Position numbers and translations under genes: made by a program. Below the pieces are notes generated by a model that was given only the letters and a program-made list of their open reading frames with translations, made no database searches and was not told where the DNA came from. Below are positions 10,360-19,910 of a DNA stretch of 64,000 nt, in pieces. Origin of the DNA: an uncultured Alphaproteobacteria bacterium (GTDB lineage: Bacteria; Pseudomonadota; Alphaproteobacteria; Rs-D84); the NCBI GenBank assembly GCA_944392775.1, contig CALXXV010000010.1:12966-76965 (forward strand). Direction: 5' to 3'. Every line of letters begins with the position of its first letter. The first letter of the stretch is position 1.

Positions 10360-10986
10360 ATGGCATTGTCATTAAAGGGTACTCAGACTGAAAAAAACTT
10401 GTTAATTGCATTTGCAGGTGAATCTCAGGCTCGTAATCGTTATAGTTTCTTTGCGTCTAAGGCAAAAGATGAAGGTTATCAAGCAATTTCAAAAATTTTC
10501 TTGGAAACTGCAGAACAGGAACGTGAACATGCGTCTCGTTTGTTTAAGTTTTTAGAAGGTGGTGATTTGGAAATTACCGCTTCATATCCAGCAGGGAAAA
10601 TCGGTACAACTTTAGAAAATTTGCAGGCAGCAGCATTCGGTGAACATGAAGAAAACACAGTAATGTATCCAAAGTTTGCTCAAATTGCTGCACAAGAAGG
10701 TTTTGACGCAATCGCGGAAGTTTTGAAAAATATCGGTTATGCGGAACGTTATCACGAATCACGTTATCGTGCTTTGATTGATGCGATTGAAACGGGCACA
10801 TTGTTCAAACAGGACAAGATTGTTATGTGGCGTTGCACAAATTGTGGTATGTGGCACATTGGAACAGAAGCCCCAAAAGTATGCCCTGCATGCTTGCACC
10901 CACAGGGATATTTTATCAGTGAAGGAACAATATCTCGTTGTGATACGAATGAAGGTTTCTGCGAATATGCAAAAATCGACGAATAA
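10360..10986 (+). CDS. rubrerythrin with C-terminal rubredoxin-like domain
   Basis: Ferritin-like diiron E..H motifs (EQEREHA, EHEENT) and C-terminal CTNCG...CPACL zinc-ribbon cysteines. Confidence 0.8.
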   Translation: MALSLKGTQTEKNLLIAFAGESQARNRYSFFASKAKDEGYQAISKIFLETAEQEREHASRLFKFLEGGDLEITASYPAGKIGTTLENLQAAAFGEHEENTVMYPKFAQIAAQEGFDAIAEVLKNIGYAERYHESRYRALIDAIETGTLFKQDKIVMWRCTNCGMWHIGTEAPKVCPACLHPQGYFISEGTISRCDTNEGFCEYAKIDE

Positions 10987-11004
10987 TATTGTTCAATCTA
11001 AAAA

Positions 11005-11036
11005 AAGGCGGGATAAAATCCCGCTTTTTTATTGTT
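11005..11036 (+). terminator. intrinsic terminator
   Basis: Hairpin ggcggga-taaaa-tcccgc, followed by TTTTTT. Confidence 0.5.
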
Positions 11037-11454
11037 CTATTTTACCAGTATATAATTCTTCGCCAATATAAAATTTATAAGATTCTGGTATAAAGTGGAG
11101 TAGGGCGAAATTGGGGTCCGCAGTACCGGAAAAACCGAAACGAGCATATTTGTCTTGCCAATATTTATTTTTTTCATTTTGGTCATCTATATTTTCCATT
11201 TTCCCGAACAGGCGTACTGCATATCTGGTTGTAGGGTTGAAATAATATAAGCAACAGTTATTGTTTTTTTCTAGTTGCTTAAATTTTGGTGAAGATTTCA
11301 TGGTCAAAAAATGCAAGTCAATATAATCTATATTCTGATTCATACCGTTCATAACATGACGAGTTTCAGGATATTCTTCTAACCCGAAAGTGCACAATTG
11401 TACATCATCACAAGATTTTATAATATCGATAATAGATTTAATTGTTTTGTTCAT
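11029..11454 (-). CDS. pyridoxamine 5'-phosphate oxidase-like (split-barrel FMN-binding) family protein
   Basis: Its size and weak resemblance to general stress protein 26 and PNPOx-like proteins. Confidence 0.35.
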   Translation of the reverse strand: MNKTIKSIIDIIKSCDDVQLCTFGLEEYPETRHVMNGMNQNIDYIDLHFLTMKSSPKFKQLEKNNNCCLYYFNPTTRYAVRLFGKMENIDDQNEKNKYWQDKYARFGFSGTADPNFALLHFIPESYKFYIGEELYTGKIEQ

Positions 11455-11915
11455 TTCCTTTCACCTCCATTTCATCAAGAATATCATCAAACATACGCAG
11501 AGAGCTATTCTGACAACCACGCCCGCGCCACGTCATAAGTTCTTCACCTGTCACTTGGTCAGCAATAGATATATTAAAATTCCACCACCAAAATCCGTTA
11601 AACGGACACCAGAAAGGGTTGAATCTTTCTTTGCGTTCACTTACCTTTACAATATAACGAGTATTTTTTGGAATGGAAGATGAGTCTATTTCTATATTTG
11701 TATCATCAGCAATAAAATCTCTGCTGGCGGTGGCCTTGCCGACAAGCACTTTTATTCCGCGTTTTTCCAAGTGTTCTTTTACACTTCTTTGCATACCATA
11801 ACCACCACGAGACGCATAAAAAGTTTGTGTTGTGTCGATGGAATTCGGTTTAACATATACACTATTACATGCTGACATAAGTAGTGTCATTAAAGATATT
11901 ATATAAAATTTCATT
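11438..11915 (-). CDS. hypothetical lipoprotein
   Basis: Signal peptide MKFYIISLMTLLMSAC with a lipobox Cys. Confidence 0.5.
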
Positions 11916-12039
11916 TTATTCCCATTTGTTATAAGAAAGATTTTATACATTAAATGTACATAAAAACAAGTTTATTTATATCTTGATAAATGGATTTTGT
12001 TCCTATAAAATCAAGGATGAACTTTGTGGGAATAAAGTT

Positions 12040-12250
12040 CGGGGACGTAAGAATCCTTAATACACCACGGCACAGTACGTGTCGTAATCCACGGTATTGT
12101 GTATACGATACACTGTGCCATATGTGTTTCTCGGCTTAAAAGGGTCGGGAAGCTGTGCGTCATAAGATTTACGTTGTATCAAAAGCGCATAGGGTCATAT
12201 GGTGTATGATTTTCTTAACTTCCCGACCACCTAGTTTAGGTGGTTTTTAT
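12040..12250 (+). ncRNA. candidate structured small RNA with intrinsic terminator
   Basis: Non-coding about 200 nt with long inverted repeats: ccacggcacagt.../...acactgtgcc and gtcgggaag/cttcccgac. It ends in the hairpin ccacc-tagttta-ggtgg plus a T-run at 12218-12250. Identity unknown. Confidence 0.25.
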
Positions 12251-12375
12251 TTTTTCTGCTTAGTTCTTTGTTCTTTCGGGCGGATGTGACATATCGTAAG
12301 ACTGTCAGAATCGGTTGTCTTAAAAACCGATTGTTTGAACTCCGCCCATCATATAAATTTAAAGGAACTTTGGAC

Positions 12376-13476
12376 ATGGGAAAAATTGATAATTTAATTG
12401 TGGGATGTGGAATTTCTGGGGCATCTTTGGCAAGAATGTTAGCCGATGCAGGTAAAAAGGTTGTAGTTATTGATTCTAAAAATCATATAGCAGGAAATAT
12501 TTTTGATTATTATCAAGACGGTATATGTGTACATAAGTACGGAACACATATATTCCATACATCAAATAAGGAAGTTTGGGATTTTGTAAGCAGGTTTTGT
12601 CAATGGTATCCTTATCAACACAAAGTGCGCGGTTTAATTGATGGGCAAATAGTCCCGATACCATTTAATTTAAATACTTTACATGCTGTTTTCCCAAAGA
12701 GTTTGGCAGATAAGATAGAACAAAAATTACTTGATAATTTTGGGCTGAATGTAAAGGTTCCAATATTGGAATTGCGTAAAAAAGATGACAAAGATTTGCA
12801 GTTCTTGGCGCAATACATTTATGAAAAAGTTTTTTTAGAATACACTTTGAAACAGTGGGGGCAAACGCCTGACGAAATAGACCCATCAGTATCTGGTAGG
12901 GTTCCTGTTTATATTTCTCGTGATGATAGGTATTTCCAAGATAAGTATCAAGGCATTCCAATTGGCGGTTATACAGCAATGATAAAGAAAATGCTAATGC
13001 ATAAAAACATTACTGTAAAACTTAATACTCCATTTAATAAAAACATGAAGTATGACAGATTGTTTTGGACTGGAAGTATAGACGAATTTTTTGATTATAA
13101 ATATGGCGAGTTGCCTTATCGTAGTGAACGCTTTGAGTTTATAACTTTCCCTTATTCAAAGTTTCAAGATGTTGCGGTAGTAAATTATCCTTGTAATTAT
13201 GATTTTACTCGTATCGGAGAATACAAATATTTTTTGAATGATATATCTAATAAAACTATTGTTTCATATGAATATCCAGAAAACTTTCAACGCGGTAAAA
13301 ATGATAGATATTATCCAATAGCTAATTCAGATACTACAGCGCTTTATAACAAGTATATAAAGGAAACAAAAAGAATGACTAATGTCCATTTCTTTGGACG
13401 TTTGGGAGACTATAAATATTACGATATGGATAAAGCCGTAGCTCGTAGTATGGATTTATTTAAAGAGGTAAAATAA
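12376..13476 (+). CDS. glf: UDP-galactopyranose mutase
   Basis: N-terminal FAD Rossmann motif IVGCGISGASLA and Glf-like GNIFDYY...GTHIFHT motifs. The start is set at MGKIDN rather than the upstream ORF extension. Confidence 0.8.
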   Translation: MGKIDNLIVGCGISGASLARMLADAGKKVVVIDSKNHIAGNIFDYYQDGICVHKYGTHIFHTSNKEVWDFVSRFCQWYPYQHKVRGLIDGQIVPIPFNLNTLHAVFPKSLADKIEQKLLDNFGLNVKVPILELRKKDDKDLQFLAQYIYEKVFLEYTLKQWGQTPDEIDPSVSGRVPVYISRDDRYFQDKYQGIPIGGYTAMIKKMLMHKNITVKLNTPFNKNMKYDRLFWTGSIDEFFDYKYGELPYRSERFEFITFPYSKFQDVAVVNYPCNYDFTRIGEYKYFLNDISNKTIVSYEYPENFQRGKNDRYYPIANSDTTALYNKYIKETKRMTNVHFFGRLGDYKYYDMDKAVARSMDLFKEVK

Positions 13477-13477
13477 A

Positions 13478-14560
13478 ATGCCTATATTATCTATTTTAAT
13501 ACCTGTATATAATGTAGAAAAGTATTTAGCGCAATGCTTGGAATCTGTTATAAATCAGACATTGTCAGATATAGAAATAATAGTTATAAACGATGGGTCA
13601 AAAGATAATAGTTTAAATATAATTAAAGATTTTGCTGCAAAAGACAAACGTATTATCGTTATTGATAAAGAAAATGAAGGATATGGTAAGTCTATGAACC
13701 GTGGCTTAGACGTTGCATCAGGTAAGTATATTGGTATCGTAGAATCAGATGATTGGATTGAACCAAATATGTATGAAAAGCTTATATCAACGGCAGAAAA
13801 ATATAAGGCGGATATTGTTAAGGCAAATTTCTTTTCATATACTACTAATAACGGAGAAAAAAATGAGAAGATAAATTTGTTCCCAGAAATTTATTCTGAA
13901 CGCCCTTTTTCGCCACGAGAAAAAACATTTGTATTTTTTTGTCAGCCGTCTATTTGGAGCTCTATTTATAATAGAGAATTTCTAAACAAAAATGATATCA
14001 GATTTTTAGAATCCCCCGGCGCCAGTTATCAAGATATTGGTTTTAGTTTTAAAGTATGGGTTTCTGCAAAAACGGTTGTATTATTAAATGATGCTTTTTT
14101 ACATTATCGATGTGATAATGAAACCGCATCTGTGAAATCTAAAGGTAAGGTTTTCTGCGTCACAGATGAATGGAATGAGATTGAGAAATATTTAAAAGAT
14201 AGAAATAAATTAAATAAAAATTTAGAAAAAATAATCGCACACGTTAAACTTGGTAATTATTTATGGAATTTTAAACGTTTAGATGGCGAAGAGCAAAAAG
14301 CTTTTTTAAAACAATTTCAAAAAGAATATTCAAAATATATATCAGAAAACATACTAGATAAAATTTATTTTGATGATAAATCATGGAATAAATTATTACG
14401 AATAATTTATCCTAAGTCTGTATCAAAAATGATTAGGAAAGCTGTATTTGATTTAGTTCATCCTATTTATAAAACACAAGTAATGGGCAATTATAAGAAA
14501 AAATATTTATTTGGCAAAATAAATATAGGGAATAAAGAAATACCGGCCTTAAAAATATAA
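13478..14560 (+). CDS. family 2 glycosyltransferase
   Basis: GT-A N-terminus ILIPVYNVEKYL...VINDGSKDNS...ESDD. Confidence 0.8.
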   Translation: MPILSILIPVYNVEKYLAQCLESVINQTLSDIEIIVINDGSKDNSLNIIKDFAAKDKRIIVIDKENEGYGKSMNRGLDVASGKYIGIVESDDWIEPNMYEKLISTAEKYKADIVKANFFSYTTNNGEKNEKINLFPEIYSERPFSPREKTFVFFCQPSIWSSIYNREFLNKNDIRFLESPGASYQDIGFSFKVWVSAKTVVLLNDAFLHYRCDNETASVKSKGKVFCVTDEWNEIEKYLKDRNKLNKNLEKIIAHVKLGNYLWNFKRLDGEEQKAFLKQFQKEYSKYISENILDKIYFDDKSWNKLLRIIYPKSVSKMIRKAVFDLVHPIYKTQVMGNYKKKYLFGKINIGNKEIPALKI

Positions 14561-14579
14561 AAGAATAAGGAGTTTTATA

Positions 14580-15719
14580 ATGACAGAAAACCCAAAAGTA
14601 TCAATAGTTGTGCCTATTTATAAAGTTGAAAAATATTTAGAACAATGTATTGATTCTATATTAGCTCAAACTTTGAATGATATAGAAATCATCCTTGTTG
14701 ATGACGGATCTCCTGACAGATGTCCTGAAATTATTGATAAATATGCAAAAAATGATAAACGTATTGTTGCCATACATCAAGAAAATGGTGGTTATGGTGT
14801 GGCTGTAAATCATGGAATTGCTATAGCACGTGGTGAATATATAGGTATCATAGAATCAGATGATTGGATTGAACCTAATATGTATGAAAAACTATACAAA
14901 AAAGCTAAAGAAGATGATTCAGATGTAGTTAAATGTGGCTTCTTTGTTTATGATTCTACAAAGCCTAAAGAAAAACAAAATAAAAAATATAAATATAATC
15001 CAAGGCAAAATATAGAAGCATGGCCAGACAAATGTTTTACTGCGTCTGAATATCCTTTGTGTGTATCAATGCATGCTAGTATTTGGGCCGCTTTATATAA
15101 ATCCGACTTTGTAAAAAACATTAAATTGATAGAAACGAAATCTGCATCGTATCAAGATTTTCCATTTTTAATAGAAACTATGTGTACAGCCAAACGTATA
15201 AGTGTTGTAAAAGAATATTTAGTTCATTGGCGAGTAGAAGCAACAAATAATTCTTCGACAAATAATTTCGGTGAAAAAACTATGGTAATGGCAGATCAAT
15301 GTAAAATATGTTTTGATTTGTTAAATAAGTATGGTTATGCGGAAGCTTTTAAAGAAGAATTTTGGGCACATGCAGCAGACGCAAATTATGGATTTTTTTC
15401 TAAGATAAAATGGCAATATAAAAATATATATTTTGATAAACTACGTGAATTATTCAATAACATAAAAAATTATGATAAATTTCAATATAAATATTTTAAT
15501 AAAACATTAAGTATTTTTGTTAAATGTGTTTTAAATGACGATTTTATTGGGGCTACAAAACGTAGATCTAGATTCTGTTTAGCAAATATTAGGCGCATGT
15601 TTATATCAATTCGTTTCCCTTCTTCTTCGTTTGAAGGTTGGAGAATTCAATTATTAGGAATTCAAATCGGGTCTAATTTAGATTTTTTTATTCCGGCTTT
15701 TTTAAGAATAAGGTTATAA
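14580..15719 (+). CDS. family 2 glycosyltransferase, tandem paralog of 13478..14560
   Basis: Same GT2 motifs. It shares an identical stretch ESDDWIEPNMYEKL with the upstream gene. Confidence 0.8.
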   Translation: MTENPKVSIVVPIYKVEKYLEQCIDSILAQTLNDIEIILVDDGSPDRCPEIIDKYAKNDKRIVAIHQENGGYGVAVNHGIAIARGEYIGIIESDDWIEPNMYEKLYKKAKEDDSDVVKCGFFVYDSTKPKEKQNKKYKYNPRQNIEAWPDKCFTASEYPLCVSMHASIWAALYKSDFVKNIKLIETKSASYQDFPFLIETMCTAKRISVVKEYLVHWRVEATNNSSTNNFGEKTMVMADQCKICFDLLNKYGYAEAFKEEFWAHAADANYGFFSKIKWQYKNIYFDKLRELFNNIKNYDKFQYKYFNKTLSIFVKCVLNDDFIGATKRRSRFCLANIRRMFISIRFPSSSFEGWRIQLLGIQIGSNLDFFIPAFLRIRL

Positions 15720-15720
15720 A

Positions 15721-16623
15721 ATGAAAAAAGATTTACAATCAATAGAATTGTTATTTGGGGCTACATCAAATTTTTTACCTTATGCTGTTGTGACAGCTCT
15801 TTCTGTGATAGAAAATGCCGAAGGCAGGCCGGTAAATATATATTTTTTATATGCTGATATAGTTACTCCTATTTCAGACGAATATAGAAACAATATATTT
15901 GAAATTACAAAAACCTTTTTTAAAGACTTAAATGTAAGAATTTATTTTTATGATGTGTCCGATAAATTATATCTTTTAGAAGGTCAAAATATAGGCATGT
16001 GGGGGAAAGAAGTATCTTTAACACATTACTTTTATTTACTTGCACCGCTATTTTTGCCTAAAAAAGTTGAAAAGGTAATATATTTAGACACAGATATGAT
16101 TGTAAATTGTAATATATCAGATGCATTTAATATAGATATGGAAAATTTTTTAATTGCTATGGGGGCACCACGTGGTTATGAAGAAATGGGGGACGATGTT
16201 TCAAACTCTGGTTTCGTAATGTTAAATTTAAAACAATGGAGAAAAGAAAATACTTTAAGTACGATATTAGAATTTGGTCGTAATTTACCGCGCGGGAGAT
16301 TTTGCGATCAATTTTTATTATATAACTATTTTACTAAAAATAATTCAGAAAGATTGATGTTGTTAGATAAAAATTATAATATTTTTCCTCAGTTATTTAA
16401 TGACATAGACATAAAAGATATAAAAATATTACATTATACAGGATATAATTCTATAAAGCCTTGGAATGATAAAAATTTTGTGCAACGGGGCGGATTTTTA
16501 TGGTGGAAATTTGCACGAAAAACCCCATTTTATGAATCCTTTATATGTTCGTTATTAAAAAAAGAAATTAAAAAACAACATAGACATGGATTTTGGTGGC
16601 ATTTAAAGCATATGAAGTTTTAA
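15721..16623 (+). CDS. family 8 glycosyltransferase (LPS glycosyltransferase-like)
   Basis: GT8-like layout with YLDTDMIV (DxD) and a C-terminal HYTG... region. Confidence 0.6.
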   Translation: MKKDLQSIELLFGATSNFLPYAVVTALSVIENAEGRPVNIYFLYADIVTPISDEYRNNIFEITKTFFKDLNVRIYFYDVSDKLYLLEGQNIGMWGKEVSLTHYFYLLAPLFLPKKVEKVIYLDTDMIVNCNISDAFNIDMENFLIAMGAPRGYEEMGDDVSNSGFVMLNLKQWRKENTLSTILEFGRNLPRGRFCDQFLLYNYFTKNNSERLMLLDKNYNIFPQLFNDIDIKDIKILHYTGYNSIKPWNDKNFVQRGGFLWWKFARKTPFYESFICSLLKKEIKKQHRHGFWWHLKHMKF

Positions 16624-16650
16624 TAAATAAATGTAAATCGGAGTTTAACT

Positions 16651-17847
16651 ATGATAAATTATTTAATAACAGGAGGTGGTTTCGCTAATAAGGGGGCGGA
16701 GTCTATGTTATATACATTGATTTCTGAGCTAAAGGCAAAAAGTGATTGCAATATAATAGTGCAGGTTGTACATGGATTTGAGTTTGTAGATCATGATGTA
16801 AAAGGAATTTCTTTTATACCTCTTTCTTATAAAGAAAGAAAAAAAATATTAAATCCAGTAATTCATACATATAATATGATTGTTTACGGATTGAATAAAG
16901 TTTTAGGATTAAATAAAAAAAAGAACTTGTTATTATATAAAGCAATTCGCAAATCAGATGTTGTGATAGATATTTCTGGATATTCTTTATCTTCTCAATG
17001 GGATCCAAAAGCTGCAAATCATATTCCTCAGACAATAGAATTGGCTAAAAAATATAATAAAAAAGTTATATTATTGCCACAGTCTTTTGGACCTTTAGAA
17101 TTCCCGAAAAAATACAATTTAAGTAAAAAATATTTAAAACGAATTTTAAGTTATCCAGAGGCAATATTTTGTCGAGAGCAAGATGGCTATAACTGTATGA
17201 AAGCCCTTGGACTTTCAAATGTTTTTAAGTCTCATGACATAGTTATTCAAAGTACAAAATCTATAAACTTCAGGCTTACTAAAAAACAGACATCACAAAA
17301 AATAGTAATAAAAGAACACAGCGTTCTGATTGTTCCTAATATAAGAGTTTTTGAAAGAACAAATAAAAATGAAATTTTAAAGTTATACGAACAAACAATA
17401 AATTTTTTATTAAAAAATAATTATAACGTTTATTTAACATATTATGATTTATCAGATTTTAGTATTTGCAAAGAAATAAAAAATATTTTTGAAAATGAAC
17501 CAAAAGTCGTATTTATAGAGAATAATCTTAATTGTATAGATTTTGATAATTTGTTGCTTAAATTTGATTTTATTATATCTTCTAGGTTTCATTCTATAGT
17601 ACATGCTTACAAGCATGGTATACCTGCTGTGGTTATTGGTTGGGCAATAAAATATAAAGAATTATTAGAATCTGTAAATCAACAAAGTATGTTGTATGAT
17701 GGACGAATAGAAATTTCACAAAAAGATTTTTTAAATTCAATAAAATATTTAATAAAAAATAGAAAAAAAGAGTCCAATATAATAAAAGAAAATGTAAAAA
17801 AAATACAGAAAAAAAACTGTTTCGATAAAATGTGGGAGTTTATTTAA
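16651..17847 (+). CDS. polysaccharide pyruvyl transferase family protein
   Basis: CsaB/WcaK-like organisation with a GGGFANKGAESML N-terminus. It is paired with an FrhB-like gene, as in pyruvylated polysaccharide loci. Confidence 0.55.
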   Translation: MINYLITGGGFANKGAESMLYTLISELKAKSDCNIIVQVVHGFEFVDHDVKGISFIPLSYKERKKILNPVIHTYNMIVYGLNKVLGLNKKKNLLLYKAIRKSDVVIDISGYSLSSQWDPKAANHIPQTIELAKKYNKKVILLPQSFGPLEFPKKYNLSKKYLKRILSYPEAIFCREQDGYNCMKALGLSNVFKSHDIVIQSTKSINFRLTKKQTSQKIVIKEHSVLIVPNIRVFERTNKNEILKLYEQTINFLLKNNYNVYLTYYDLSDFSICKEIKNIFENEPKVVFIENNLNCIDFDNLLLKFDFIISSRFHSIVHAYKHGIPAVVIGWAIKYKELLESVNQQSMLYDGRIEISQKDFLNSIKYLIKNRKKESNIIKENVKKIQKKNCFDKMWEFI

Positions 17848-17851
17848 TATT

Positions 17852-19117
17852 ATGAATATAGAAAAAGTTAGAAAAAATAATTTATGTATTCAATGTGGCA
17901 TATGTAATGCAGTTTGCCCATTAAAATGTATTTCAATAAAAAAAATAAAGAATGATTATTTGCCTTTTATAGATAAAAGAAAATGCGTTAAATGTGGAAT
18001 ATGTTATCAAATTTGCTCTTTTTCAGAATTGAAAGAATATGATTTTTCAAAAGATATCGAAGATTTTATATTAGGAAATTATTTGTCTATTTATAAAGCT
18101 CAGTCTAAAGACAATTTAATTTTAAATAATTCTACTAGTGGAGGGGTCGCAACAACTTTAATAAAAACATTACTTTCAAACAAAGAATATGATTGTGCTT
18201 TTGTGGTTGACGGTTATGAATATGAAACGCAGTTAAAAACGAAAAAGATCGATATAAATTCTGATTTATTAAATTCTCAAAAATCTAGATATTTAACCGT
18301 TTCTCATTGTGATGCAGTAAAATATATAAAAGAAAATCCGAAGCAAAGAGTTATAATAATAGGAACAGGATGTATAATAACGTCTTTTTTAAAGGTGATA
18401 AATTTTTTAAATTTGAATAAAGATAATTATTTATTTATCGGTCTTTTTTGTGACAAGACTATGAATTATGGGGTGTGCGAATATTTTAAACAACACAAAG
18501 TTTCTAAAGGTAAAAAACTAAAAAAACTTTTTTTTAGATCCAAAGAAATTAGTGGATGGCCGGGGAATGTAAAATTAGAATATTCTGATGGGGCTTGCGA
18601 ATTTTTAGATAGAACTGAAAGAATGAGAATTAAAGATTATTTTGTACCAGAAAAATGTTTGTATTGTTTAAATAAATTAAATAGAAATGCAGATATCGCT
18701 TTAGGAGATAATTATATTGACTCTAATGAAGACAAAAAAGGTATAAGTAGTGTAATAATAAGAACCGATTTAGGTAAACGTATATGGGAAATGTGTAAAG
18801 ATAAATTCATTTTTGATGTTGATAAAGTAGACTCTTTCATTAAATCGCAACATTTAGAAACAAAAAGAATAAATGTAGCTTTTGCAAGTATAAAAGGTCT
18901 ATTAAACGGTAAATTTACTAAAAACGATAAAAAGCTTTATACAAAAGCACTAAAAAAGATAAAGATAGGTCAAAAGAAAAATGTTTATAATGCAATTAAT
19001 GGTAGAAATTTAATAAAAAGCCTTTTTCATAATATTTTTTCTATAGATAGAGAAAACGTATCCGGAAAAGATATTAAAGTTATAACGATATTATGGATAA
19101 AGATAAAACTTTCTTAG
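17852..19117 (+). CDS. coenzyme F420 hydrogenase/dehydrogenase beta subunit-like 4Fe-4S protein
   Basis: Two ferredoxin-type CxxCxxC.CP motifs at the N-terminus (CIQCGICNAVCP, CVKCGICYQIC), followed by an FrhB-like domain. Confidence 0.55.
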   Translation: MNIEKVRKNNLCIQCGICNAVCPLKCISIKKIKNDYLPFIDKRKCVKCGICYQICSFSELKEYDFSKDIEDFILGNYLSIYKAQSKDNLILNNSTSGGVATTLIKTLLSNKEYDCAFVVDGYEYETQLKTKKIDINSDLLNSQKSRYLTVSHCDAVKYIKENPKQRVIIIGTGCIITSFLKVINFLNLNKDNYLFIGLFCDKTMNYGVCEYFKQHKVSKGKKLKKLFFRSKEISGWPGNVKLEYSDGACEFLDRTERMRIKDYFVPEKCLYCLNKLNRNADIALGDNYIDSNEDKKGISSVIIRTDLGKRIWEMCKDKFIFDVDKVDSFIKSQHLETKRINVAFASIKGLLNGKFTKNDKKLYTKALKKIKIGQKKNVYNAINGRNLIKSLFHNIFSIDRENVSGKDIKVITILWIKIKLS

Positions 19118-19121
19118 CTTG

Positions 19122-19155
19122 AAAGAGCCTCTATTTTTTGAGGCTCTTTTTTTAT
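19122..19155. terminator. bidirectional intrinsic terminator
   Basis: Hairpin aagagcctc-tatttttt-gaggctctt, flanked by T/A runs between convergent genes. Confidence 0.55.
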
Positions 19156-19670
19156 TCCGCAGATACCCCAGAAACAAACCATGTTATATAACCAGAAGAC
19201 GTGTAGTTCCCGCTACTTTGAAAATTCCATATCGCTAAATTTACACTTGTTGTGTCTCTAACAATTGCAAAAGAAATTCCGGCATAAGAACCACCTATAC
19301 TATTTAATGAAATCTGGGCAGTATAGTCCGTACCTGCCATTGTAATGGGCAACGTTTTTGTTATTGTCTTTCCCTTAGTCGCATTTAAAGGTTCCCATTC
19401 ATACCAAGTTCCGCCTTGTTCAACCCAACCGCTTTTATATTTTCTGTACCATGTATAATCATTTTCTGCGGTTGGTGTTTGGTATTCTATTACATAGTCT
19501 GCAGTATCAAGGTCTTCTTGCTTTGCCAAGGCTACACCACCAGCGGTTTCCCCGTCATGTATTCGTAAAGTTTTGTTTGTTGTGTCCATAGTGACTTCAC
19601 CAAGAGCACCTGTAAAATTCTCGTGTTGTTCAGATGTGCCACGACGAATTTGAATTTGACGTGATGACAT
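19152..19670 (-). CDS. phage tail fibre / hyaluronidase-type N-terminal domain protein
   Basis: QIQIRRGTSEQHENFTGALGEVTMDTTNKTLRIHDGETAGG matches the conserved N-terminal motif of prophage tail-fibre proteins. The start is set at the internal Met. Confidence 0.5.
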   Translation of the reverse strand: MSSRQIQIRRGTSEQHENFTGALGEVTMDTTNKTLRIHDGETAGGVALAKQEDLDTADYVIEYQTPTAENDYTWYRKYKSGWVEQGGTWYEWEPLNATKGKTITKTLPITMAGTDYTAQISLNSIGGSYAGISFAIVRDTTSVNLAIWNFQSSGNYTSSGYITWFVSGVSAE

Positions 19671-19777
19671 AAAATTACTCCGATTTTTTAATAATTTGTT
19701 AAAACAAAAAAACCGCAATAAATGCGGTTCGTTTATTTTAATATTATATCATAATTTAAATATAAAAGCAAGCATAT

Positions 19778-19853
19778 TGGCGCACCCAGCAGGATTCGAA
19801 CCTGCAACCTTGTCCTTCGGAGGGACACGCCATATCCAGTTAGGCCATGGGTG
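19778..19853 (-). tRNA. tRNA-Arg (anticodon CCG)
   Basis: Cloverleaf on the minus strand: acceptor GCACCCA, anticodon loop CTCCGAA, T-loop TTCGAAT, encoded CCA. Confidence 0.8.
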
Positions 19854-19910
19854 CAAAGCTTTTTTATTATAATTATTTATATGATAATTGCAAGATTTAA
19901 GCGGTTCTAT

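Noticed and set aside
12268-12375. Upstream extension of glf (MFFRADVTYRK...).
   Set aside because: No Glf homology before MGKIDN, where the FAD-binding GxGxxG starts. The extension covers terminator and leader sequence.
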